Source of the DNA: a virus
Lineage: Duplodnaviria > Caudoviricetes
IMG/VR virus record: IMGVR_UViG_3300035492_000157
Coordinates: 1-35,479 of that record
Direction: 5' to 3' (one strand)
Length of the DNA stretch: 35,479 bases
Positions within the stretch are counted from its first letter, which is position 1; the number at the start of each line of letters is the position of its first letter. The notes beneath the pieces are model-generated. The model was not told where the DNA came from and did not search any database. It saw only the letters and a program-made list of their open reading frames with translations. The position numbers and the translations under genes were made by a program. Shown here in pieces: positions 1 to 7,665 of the stretch.

Positions 1-1649
1 TCCGTCGTCAGCGCGACGGCGCCGGACAGTGGATCGACTACGCGGCCGACGGTGGACGCAGCCTCGCCGACGCGGCCAGCCATGCCCGGCAGACGCGACA
101 GGCCCGCGCCGCCCAGCGTGGCGGCCATCGAGATGTCGGCCGGGATGCCCAGCGGATCAGTGATCATGCTGCGCTTGATGTTGGCCAGCGAGCCGTACTT
201 CTCCTTCAGGTTTTCGCCCAAGGCGTTGAGCGTGCCGGTGTTGGCGCCGAAGATGTCGCCAACGGCATTGGGGATGGCCTCGTACACGCCCTGCCGCTTT
301 CCGGCGGCGACGCTGCGCACGACGTCGGTGGCGGGCGCGAGTACGCCCGTCGCAAGGTTGGCCGCGCTCGTGGGCAGGTTGCGCACCATCTGCGCGACGG
401 TGTCGCCCAGCCCGGCGTTTTCGGTCGCGGCCTTGTCCACGGCCGAGTAGTCAATCGGCACGCTCGGAGCGGTCGGGTTCTTGCGATAGTACGCGTTGAC
501 GTTCTTGCCGTTTTCCATGAAGGCGGCACGCGCAGCCGGGTCCATCTCGGCACCACTCTGCGCCTTCTGGGCAGCGGAGGCCATGTTGGCATACGTCTCC
601 GGCTCGAAATGCTCCGAGCGCAGGTACGCGTCCAGCATGCTTTGCTGCTCGGGCGTGTAGCGGAAACCCTTGATGCCCTGCCCCTGAAGGTGCATTCCTT
701 CGGGCGGCGCCTCGAGGACGCCGCGCGTCGTGCCGTTCTGCACTTCGCCGCCACCGCCCTGACTGCCCTCCCAGTTCGTCGCCTTGTTCAGATCGCTGAA
801 GATGCGAGCGCCGCGCTGATCGAGGGCGTTCCACTGGCCCTTGTGGCCCAGCATAGCCGCGTCGTACGCGCCCTGCGTGGTGTCGAGGCGCGACTTGATC
901 ATGTTGAGGGCTTCGTTGATCGTACCCGCAAAAGCCGCCGGGGGCGCCGTCAGGTCGAGCTTCGCCTTCCACTGGTCGATGTCGCCCACGTGTCCGGCGC
1001 CGCCGCCGACCATGATCTTGCCCAGCTCGTTGGCCACGCCCTGCGCGGCCGTGGCGGCCTTGGCTTTCGCGTTCTGGATGTCCTGATCGCCAAGGCCCGT
1101 GCGGATTTCCTGCCACTTGCCGTTGATGAACTCGAAGCGGGTGTTGCCCAGCCGCTGATACTGCTTCCACAGGTCCTCGAGGTGGCCGAGGGCGGTGTTG
1201 ATCGCGGCCGCGTTCTGGCCGAGCTTGCCACCCGGCCGCGCGTCCACATTCGCGTTGTGGCGCGAAGTCCACACGTCCTGCGTGAGGTCCGGGTATGCCT
1301 GTCGTGCAGCGTTCAACGCCTGCGACCAGCGGGGGTTAATCAGTGCGCGCCCGGTGGGCCACTGGAGATCGCCATTGGCGAGCATGCGCGCGTCGGTGGC
1401 GATATTCTGCGGCACCGTGGCGAGGTATTCCTCGCCCGTTTTGCTCAGGTCGCCGACAGGCTTGTTCGGCCGTACGTCCTCCGGCGCAACACCGTTTTCC
1501 AGAATGAACTTGGCCCGCTCACGCGCAGCGTTTTCCGCCGACGCGCGCGCCGACTGGGCCGACGAGGCGATCTCGGTCTCCTTGCCCTTCTGCTGGAGCG
1601 GGGTCGAGGAAGGAAGCGGGCCCTGAAAAACGGGAATGGACGTAGCCAT
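1..1649 (-). CDS. Large internal virion / DNA ejection protein, 3' end beyond the window (partial)
   Basis: Absent from the ORF track because it runs off the edge. ATG at 1649 lies 2 nt after the upstream stop (1652). It reads MATSIPVFQGPLPSSTPLQQKGKETEIASS..., and the same frame still reads ...ASTVGRVVDPLSGAVALTT at position 1. It is the last gene of the ejection-protein cluster; function is inferred from position. Confidence 0.75.
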   Translation of the reverse strand, partial: MATSIPVFQGPLPSSTPLQQKGKETEIASSAQSARASAENAARERAKFILENGVAPEDVRPNKPVGDLSKTGEEYLATVPQNIATDARMLANGDLQWPTGRALINPRWSQALNAARQAYPDLTQDVWTSRHNANVDARPGGKLGQNAAAINTALGHLEDLWKQYQRLGNTRFEFINGKWQEIRTGLGDQDIQNAKAKAATAAQGVANELGKIMVGGGAGHVGDIDQWKAKLDLTAPPAAFAGTINEALNMIKSRLDTTQGAYDAAMLGHKGQWNALDQRGARIFSDLNKATNWEGSQGGGGEVQNGTTRGVLEAPPEGMHLQGQGIKGFRYTPEQQSMLDAYLRSEHFEPETYANMASAAQKAQSGAEMDPAARAAFMENGKNVNAYYRKNPTAPSVPIDYSAVDKAATENAGLGDTVAQMVRNLPTSAANLATGVLAPATDVVRSVAAGKRQGVYEAIPNAVGDIFGANTGTLNALGENLKEKYGSLANIKRSMITDPLGIPADISMAATLGGAGLSRLPGMAGRVGEAASTVGRVVDPLSGAVALTT

Positions 1650-1651
1650 GA

Positions 1652-2581
1652 TTAAACTCCGTAGACGTCAGCCGCGCCGAAGCCGTAGTGGTCGTCGAAG
1701 GCGCGCTTGGCCTGCTCCTGCGCCGCCGGGTCTTGGTTATTGGCGAGGAAGTCCTTGAGCGCGCGCTGCTCCTGAAGGAAGCGCATGCGGGCTGCGGTGT
1801 CCTGCGGCGAGCTGCCGACGGGCGGCTGGTAAATGGCGTTGCCATACACCTTGTTGTGCGAGGCGCCCAGCGGGTCGACGGTGGCGCGGGCGATGGGCCC
1901 CTGCGGCTTGTCGATGGCCGCGACCACGCGCGCTTCCGGCGCCATGGCCAAGCGGCGGTTCTTGAAGAACTCGTTCTGCATCGCGTTCTTCTGGGTCGTG
2001 TACGACTGCTGCAACGCCATGAGGGCCGCCGCGCGATCATCCTGAGCCTTGCGCGCGGCCGCTTCCATGTTCGACAGGGCGGGCGCCACATTGGCCATCA
2101 CCCCGCCGAAGCTGGGGCGGATCATCGGCGTCCCGATAGCGGCCGCCAGATTGAAGAGCTGCTCCGTGCGGGACGGGCCAAAGCGGCGCGCTTGGATGTT
2201 CTGAAGGCCCGCGTTGTACTGCGAAGCGAGGCCGCTCAGGCCCTGCTCGTACGCGGCCTTTTCCTCGTCCGTGAGCGCGCGGCTGTTGGCCAGAAACGCC
2301 TGAGCTTCAGGCATCTTCGCCGGGCCGGGAAGCGCGCCCGAGGGCGCCTGTGCGGGGGCGGGAGAAGCAGTATCGGCCACGGTGGTCGGTCCTTGTGCTA
2401 AGGCAGGCGGCGGGGCGCCCGCCGACCCCCCGCTGGAGAGGGGGCCGTTATACGTCGGATCGGGCAGTCCTTCAACGGAGATGTTGTGCGCGTTGCGGTA
2501 CTGCTCCAGCTCCGGCACTGTCGCGTCGGGAAGCTGGGACGCGTAAAACCGCTTCCAGTCGTCAAGGGTCATGGCGGTCAT
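1652..2581 (-). CDS. Putative ejection (internal virion) protein, 309 aa
   Basis: TAATG stop/start overlap with the upstream gene. Ala/Gln-rich and helical, with an 'LAAAIGTP..RPSFGG' segment typical of podovirus ejection proteins. Lies downstream of the nozzle gene. Confidence 0.7.
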   Translation of the reverse strand: MTAMTLDDWKRFYASQLPDATVPELEQYRNAHNISVEGLPDPTYNGPLSSGGSAGAPPPALAQGPTTVADTASPAPAQAPSGALPGPAKMPEAQAFLANSRALTDEEKAAYEQGLSGLASQYNAGLQNIQARRFGPSRTEQLFNLAAAIGTPMIRPSFGGVMANVAPALSNMEAAARKAQDDRAAALMALQQSYTTQKNAMQNEFFKNRRLAMAPEARVVAAIDKPQGPIARATVDPLGASHNKVYGNAIYQPPVGSSPQDTAARMRFLQEQRALKDFLANNQDPAAQEQAKRAFDDHYGFGAADVYGV

Positions 2582-3633
2582 TATCCGAGCAGCCCTGCCT
2601 GTTGCAGCGCCGACAGCGCGCCAGCGCCAAGGGCGAGGCCGCTGCCGATGTTCTGCGCCGTGCTGGTGGTGGGCACCGCGTTCGGCACGATGCCTTCCTG
2701 CGACGTGCTGGAGGGCACGCCCGAATAGACGCCCTTGAACGTCGCCAGCGCGTTGTTGATCTGGTCCTGCGTGTATCCGCGCTGGGCGAGGAAGTCCGCC
2801 CGAGCCGCGTCGAGGTTCTGCTGGTTCAGGGCCTGCTGCTGCGCGCCCACGCCCGTCACCGCGCTGGCGCCGGTCAGACCCTGCTGCTGCGCCTGCTGGC
2901 CGAGGTTGGCCATCGTCGAGGCCGTGTTGAGGCCACTCGTGACATCGGCGTTGGCAAGGTTGCCCGCCGTCGCGCCGAGCTGGCCCATGCGCGACAGGTC
3001 AGCCGCCGAGGCCGTCAGGGCGCCGTTGTAGCCCGACTGCAACGCGGCCGACTGCTGAGCGAGGATGTCCGCATTGGTGTCGCGGACGGCGCGGGCGGTG
3101 TCGGTCAACATGCCCGAAGGTGCAGCCGACAGGCCGCCGCCGCGCGTGGCGCCGCCGAGCTGGCCAGCGCCGATGTAGCGCCCCTCGATGGCGGGCATGA
3201 TGTTCTCGGTCAGGTTGCGCGTGCCCAGATCAGCGATGCGGTTGACCACATCGTTGGTGTACGGGTTCATGTACTGGCCGATGTTGGCGACCGAAGTCTG
3301 GCCAGCTTGGTTGAAGTAGGGCTGCGCCGCGCTCAGGCCGGTGGGCGCCTGCATGGTGTCGGCCGTCTTGGCCATGGCGGCGCCGAGCGCGGGCTGATAG
3401 GCCGTGGCGGCCTGCCCGGTCATGTCGAAGCCCTGCTGCTGGGCGGGGGTGAAACCGGCCACGCGGGGCATGGGTGCGGGCTGGTACGGCAGTGCCGACA
3501 CGGCGCTCTGCTTGGCCAGCAGGTCCATGGCGTAGTTGCTGTACCAGTCGGGCAGCACCGTCTGGCTGGTGGTGGACGTGACCGCCGAACCAGCCGGGAT
3601 GTTCCCGTTCACCAAGAAATCAGAAACGGCCAT
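2581..3633 (-). CDS. Putative DNA-transfer/ejection protein (P22 gp7/gp20-like position), 350 aa
   Basis: TAATG overlaps at both ends. Motifs 'VAGFTPAQQQGF' and 'QYMNPYTNDVV', a Q/A/G-rich body and a hydrophobic Gly-rich C-terminus are characteristic of podovirus pilot/ejection proteins. Confidence 0.75.
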   Translation of the reverse strand: MAVSDFLVNGNIPAGSAVTSTTSQTVLPDWYSNYAMDLLAKQSAVSALPYQPAPMPRVAGFTPAQQQGFDMTGQAATAYQPALGAAMAKTADTMQAPTGLSAAQPYFNQAGQTSVANIGQYMNPYTNDVVNRIADLGTRNLTENIMPAIEGRYIGAGQLGGATRGGGLSAAPSGMLTDTARAVRDTNADILAQQSAALQSGYNGALTASAADLSRMGQLGATAGNLANADVTSGLNTASTMANLGQQAQQQGLTGASAVTGVGAQQQALNQQNLDAARADFLAQRGYTQDQINNALATFKGVYSGVPSSTSQEGIVPNAVPTTSTAQNIGSGLALGAGALSALQQAGLLG

Positions 3634-5282
3634 TACACGCGACCTCCAGCCAGATACGCTTCCGGCGACTTTGCGTTAACACTGAATTTACCTTGGGCCA
3701 GATTGCGGCCCTTCTGCTTGCGCAAGTTGACCCGGAACTGGTCGAGCTTCTTGGCGCCTGCCTTGCTCGAACCGTCGCCCAGCAGGGCTACCGTCTCCGC
3801 GTCCATGACATACTCGCCGTCGGACAGCTTGGCGGGGATGCTGTCGCTGCGCCCGGTGCCGGGCCCCTCGACGGCGAACTGCTCGCGCGGTGCGTGCGCG
3901 CGCGGCTGCACACCGAAGCCGCCGCCGTGCGCCATGTGGGGCGTGTGCCCCGGCTGCGGGACGTAGCCCGGCGCGCTCGTGTTGAAGAAGCTCTGCTCCG
4001 GGTGCATGCCGTACTCGTACCAGTTCTGGTCGGGCATGACGTTGGCCGTACGCTGGGCGACACCGCCGGGCAGCGTGGTCGCGGGCAGAGAGGCAGAGAA
4101 GACGGGGCTGAGCTTGCCGACGCCGAGGCCGGTGTAGGGCGTGCCGCTCGAGCCAGACACGGCGCTGCCCAACAGCGACGAGCCAATGGCACCGGCCTTC
4201 AGCGCGGCGATGGCTTTGTCGAGGGTCGTGGAGTTGCTCGGGGTGGACGGATTGGTTGCATCCGCCGTTTGCTGCAACGCGTTGATGGTGTCGGCAACGC
4301 TGATCGGCGCCGTCGCCGCAAGGACGGGGCTGACGGAGGGCGGCGGCGGCGTTAGGGGTTTAGGGGCGTTGACCGTAATGTCAGCCGTGGTCGCATCCGA
4401 AGGCGCGGCGGCAGCGGCATCGGCCGCCGCAGGCTGCATGGCAGCCGCGATAGCAGGCAGCGCGGCCATACCCGCCGCGCCGAGCCCGGAACCTACGCCA
4501 AGGCCGCTGGCCGCGACAGGAGCGTGCGAAACGAGGATTTCGGGAGCCGCCTCAGCCGCAAGCGTTCCGGCGCCCGCCGCGCCGCCCGCCATGCCGCCAA
4601 GCGACGGCGCGATGTTGGCGGCCAGATCGGCTGCGCCAGCCAGACCAGCCGCGCTTGCGGCGCCTGCCCCCAGCGACGGCACGATGCTGGCGGCCAGATC
4701 AGCGGCCCCAGCGGTTCCAAGGGCGCCGGACAGAGGCGCGGCAGCCAGCGCGTCGAGGGCGCCAGCGCCCGCCGCGCCGCCTCCAGCGGCTCCGGCAGCA
4801 CCGGCCCCGAGCAGCGCGGGGGCCGCAAGAGCCGCGCCCAGCGGCAGCCCGAAGCCGAGAGCTGCCGCGATCAGCGGGTTGAAGTTGTCGTGCAGCACAG
4901 GCGTCTGTTGGGCGATGTTGGTCCAGTCAGTGCCGCCGGGGTTCGTGTACGACGGGGTGCCTTCGGTGACATACCATTGCGATTGATCGCCCTGCTGCTT
5001 GGCGAGGTTTGCAATCAGACCGGGCAGCGCGGTCTTGGCATCGCTGCCCGTCCCGCTGTACAGCACCTTGCCGGTGGCGCCATCCCGAAGCTGATACTGG
5101 TTGGCGTCCTGCACCGAAAACGGGATGCTCTGATTGAGCTGCGGGCTGAAGTACGACAACTGCGTGCTGGGCGACGCGGGCGTCATCGGGCTGGCCGCGA
5201 GCTGCGCCTGAAGATCAGACAGCGCGCCGCTCAGCCCGGACAGGCCCGGCAGCACATAACTGTTGGGATCGAGGGTTGCCAT
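3633..5282 (-). CDS. Putative ejection/internal virion protein with Ala/Gly-rich hydrophobic core and C-terminal GPGTGRSDSIPA domain
   Basis: The ATG at 5282 overlaps the upstream TGA (TGATG), so it is preferred over the TTG at 5285. The C-terminal 'MAHGG...GPGTGRSDSIPAKLSDGEYVMDAETV' motif resembles one seen in tape-measure/ejection proteins. Confidence 0.7.
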   Translation of the reverse strand: MATLDPNSYVLPGLSGLSGALSDLQAQLAASPMTPASPSTQLSYFSPQLNQSIPFSVQDANQYQLRDGATGKVLYSGTGSDAKTALPGLIANLAKQQGDQSQWYVTEGTPSYTNPGGTDWTNIAQQTPVLHDNFNPLIAAALGFGLPLGAALAAPALLGAGAAGAAGGGAAGAGALDALAAAPLSGALGTAGAADLAASIVPSLGAGAASAAGLAGAADLAANIAPSLGGMAGGAAGAGTLAAEAAPEILVSHAPVAASGLGVGSGLGAAGMAALPAIAAAMQPAAADAAAAAPSDATTADITVNAPKPLTPPPPSVSPVLAATAPISVADTINALQQTADATNPSTPSNSTTLDKAIAALKAGAIGSSLLGSAVSGSSGTPYTGLGVGKLSPVFSASLPATTLPGGVAQRTANVMPDQNWYEYGMHPEQSFFNTSAPGYVPQPGHTPHMAHGGGFGVQPRAHAPREQFAVEGPGTGRSDSIPAKLSDGEYVMDAETVALLGDGSSKAGAKKLDQFRVNLRKQKGRNLAQGKFSVNAKSPEAYLAGGRV

Positions 5283-5515
5283 CAACCTTCCCCTTCAAGC
5301 ATCGGGTACGCACGCATGGCCCACTCTCGCCAATCAGTGAATTGAAACGGGTTTGGTGGGTTGCGCTGCGCAAAGGGCTGCGCGCGTACAAAACCTGCCG
5401 CCCACTGCTGCCAATCGTTTTCATCGATCAGACGGCCGAAGGACCAAGCGTCACCGACGGACAGTACTACACTGTCTGCCCAGTCGCGTAAAGTCATGCC
5501 GCGCGGATCAATCAC
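5282..5515 (-). CDS. Small Trp-rich virion-associated hypothetical protein, 77 aa
   Basis: GTGA overlap with the nozzle stop and TGATG overlap with the next gene. Codon usage is normal; the sequence includes 'WQQWA..F...PNPFQFTDWREWA'. Confidence 0.75.
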   Translation of the reverse strand: MIDPRGMTLRDWADSVVLSVGDAWSFGRLIDENDWQQWAAGFVRAQPFAQRNPPNPFQFTDWREWAMRAYPMLEGEG

Positions 5516-7044
5516 CCGATCACCGTCCCATCGCCCGGCTGCACGTGTCCGAGGATCAGGCCCATCTCGTAATTGCCGCCCACCGTGTTGCTGGCGAAGC
5601 GGAAGCGCAGCTCGCGCCGCTGCTCCTTGAAGTAGACCACCTGCTCCTGCGGCGTCTGCGGGTTCTCGGGGATAACCTTCTCCTCGCCGTTGACTTCCGG
5701 CGCGCGGGCGTTGGCTCGGCCCATCACCTGCACGGTCAGGTCGCCGCTCTGGACGAAGTCAGGCTCCATGACCAGCACTTGGATCGCCCGGTTGGTCTGG
5801 CTCTGCACGGGCAGTGACAGGTCGGCCGTCTCGAAGTAGGACAGGATGGGGTTGACCGTCAGGCCGTCCACTTCATCGGTGCCGACCTCGTGCACCCACA
5901 TGCGGTACTCCGCGCTGGTGTCCGGCAGCACGCCCGACATGAGGGGATTGCGGAAGACGGCCGGGAACAGGCCCGCGCCGCGCCCGGCATTGGGCAGCTC
6001 GGTGTCGTACCACGTGTTTTCGCGCACGTTGTAGATGACGGCGTGGTTCGGCTCGACGCTGTCGCCCTTGGGGAAGCACCACCAGATTTCGCCGAAGCGC
6101 GGCACCTTCATCGCGAACACCTTCTGGCGCTGCGAGTAGTTCAGGTTGTCGAAGAAGAAATTGAGGTTCAGGTTGTTCTCGACCTCGCGCACGACGCCGT
6201 TGAACATCAGGAAGCGGTCGGTGCCGATCCAGTAGAAGATGCCGTCATACTCGATGACCGACTGCGCGGACAGGATCGACGACTGGGCCGTGATCGTGTC
6301 GAACTGGAACGTGGGCGTGCCGCCGACGTACGTCATGCGGATCAGCGCGTCGGCCGACCAGAGCAGGCCGGAGGGGCTGTTGCCGGGCCCTCCGCGCAGG
6401 GGCAGGCCGCGCACGATCTTCTGGCCCGTGACATACGCGTTGCCCGCGCCGGAGCCGGTGAAATCGGTCGGGTCGCCCGGCACAGACCACATGACGTACC
6501 CATCATTGCCGAAGCCGACGGTGTAGGGGTGCAGCGCCACGACGCCGCCCGTGATGCTGTAGTTGGCCGGGAAGTTGGTGATCTCGGTCAGGGGCGCGGT
6601 GCCGAACTCATCGCCGTAGAAGAGCTGGCCGCCCACGCTGTTGCAAATGCAGCTCAGGTTCGGCGCCACCTGCGCCAGCAGCTTCAGGCCGCTGCCGCCA
6701 GCCGTATCGACGTCGAACTGCCACAAGTTGCCCGCATTGGCGACGAGCGTGGTCGGTGTCCGGTCGCTGATGACGCTGGTGTTGAGGTTGCCGTCGATGA
6801 AGAAACGCTCGAGCTTGTTGGCAGACCCGGCGTGGATGTAGGTCAGCAGATCGAGGGTGTAGCCGTGCAGGGTGCGCGCTACGCCGGTCAGGTACTTGTT
6901 GATCGAGCGGTAGCCGCCGATCTTGCGCGGCAGGCCGCGCTGGAAGCGGACCCACTGCCCGTCCACGTACTGGTCGCCCTCGAAGCGCGTGCCATCGCGC
7001 TTGATGCCCGGCAGCGACCTGATCTGGATGATGTTCTCGGCCAT
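5512..7044 (-). CDS. Tail nozzle / tail tubular protein B (P22 gp10-like beta-propeller), 510 aa
   Basis: Beta-rich sequence with 'PGIKRDGT', 'DGQWVRFQRGLPRKIGG' and 'FGEIWWCFP...AVIYNVRENTWY' patterns typical of podovirus nozzle proteins. Lies between the fibre and ejection genes. Confidence 0.75.
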   Translation of the reverse strand: MAENIIQIRSLPGIKRDGTRFEGDQYVDGQWVRFQRGLPRKIGGYRSINKYLTGVARTLHGYTLDLLTYIHAGSANKLERFFIDGNLNTSVISDRTPTTLVANAGNLWQFDVDTAGGSGLKLLAQVAPNLSCICNSVGGQLFYGDEFGTAPLTEITNFPANYSITGGVVALHPYTVGFGNDGYVMWSVPGDPTDFTGSGAGNAYVTGQKIVRGLPLRGGPGNSPSGLLWSADALIRMTYVGGTPTFQFDTITAQSSILSAQSVIEYDGIFYWIGTDRFLMFNGVVREVENNLNLNFFFDNLNYSQRQKVFAMKVPRFGEIWWCFPKGDSVEPNHAVIYNVRENTWYDTELPNAGRGAGLFPAVFRNPLMSGVLPDTSAEYRMWVHEVGTDEVDGLTVNPILSYFETADLSLPVQSQTNRAIQVLVMEPDFVQSGDLTVQVMGRANARAPEVNGEEKVIPENPQTPQEQVVYFKEQRRELRFRFASNTVGGNYEMGLILGHVQPGDGTVIG

Positions 7045-7053
7045 GGGCGCCCC

Positions 7054-7665
7054 TTACGTGTACGAAAAGCTGATCTGGCCACGTGCGCCGGTACCCGAAA
7101 TCACGCTGCCGGTGTCGGTCCCGCTGCCCCCGCCACCGCCGCCGGGTGCCGAGCCGTTGGCTGGAGCCACGCCGCCAGCGGCGCCACTCGCGCCTGCGCC
7201 GCCGTCGCCGCCGCTTGCGCTGCTGAGCCCGGCCGTGCCAGAGGTGTTGGTGTCACCGCCGGAGGCCGTGCCGCCCGCACCGCCAGTGCTGGTCGTTCCG
7301 CCTGCACCGCCGTTGGCGGTCACGCTCACAGAGCCGCCAGATACCGTTCCGGTGACAGATGAGGCGTTACCCGAAGTACCAGTGCCCGCCGTCGTTCGGC
7401 CGCCTACCGCGCCGCCGACGGTGTACGTGAACGTGTTACCCCCGACCACCGCAATGGTTTTGACGCTGCGCGCGCCGCCCCCGCCACCGCCACCGACCGT
7501 GGTCGAGTTGAAGCCGCCCGCGCCGCCGCCGCCGTCCACCGTGATGACCACCTGCGTCGCGCCAGTCGGAACCGTCTCGGTCGCGGCGGTGCCACGGGGA
7601 TAGGTGTTGGTGACGGGCGTGAAGCCGCCCACGGCGCCCATCAGCGCCATGTGGATGCCGCTCAT
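7054..7665 (-). CDS. Glycine-rich tail-fibre-associated protein, 203 aa
   Basis: TAATG coupling to the fibre gene. 'TVPTGATQVVITVDGGGGAGG...GGGGGGA' glycine-rich domain with a C-terminal 'GARGQISFSY'. Confidence 0.75.
   Translation of the reverse strand: MSGIHMALMGAVGGFTPVTNTYPRGTAATETVPTGATQVVITVDGGGGAGGFNSTTVGGGGGGGARSVKTIAVVGGNTFTYTVGGAVGGRTTAGTGTSGNASSVTGTVSGGSVSVTANGGAGGTTSTGGAGGTASGGDTNTSGTAGLSSASGGDGGAGASGAAGGVAPANGSAPGGGGGGSGTDTGSVISGTGARGQISFSYT

Noticed and set aside
206-1272. Minus-strand ORFs 206..754, 451..1272 and 950..1249
   Set aside because: They are alternate frames of the real gene that starts at 1649 and runs off the window edge.
3633-5282. Tape measure protein, implying a long-tailed phage
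   Set aside because: Only a short C-terminal motif is shared. There is no tail tube, tail chaperone pair, sheath or baseplate gene, and the adaptor-nozzle-ejection layout is podovirus-like.
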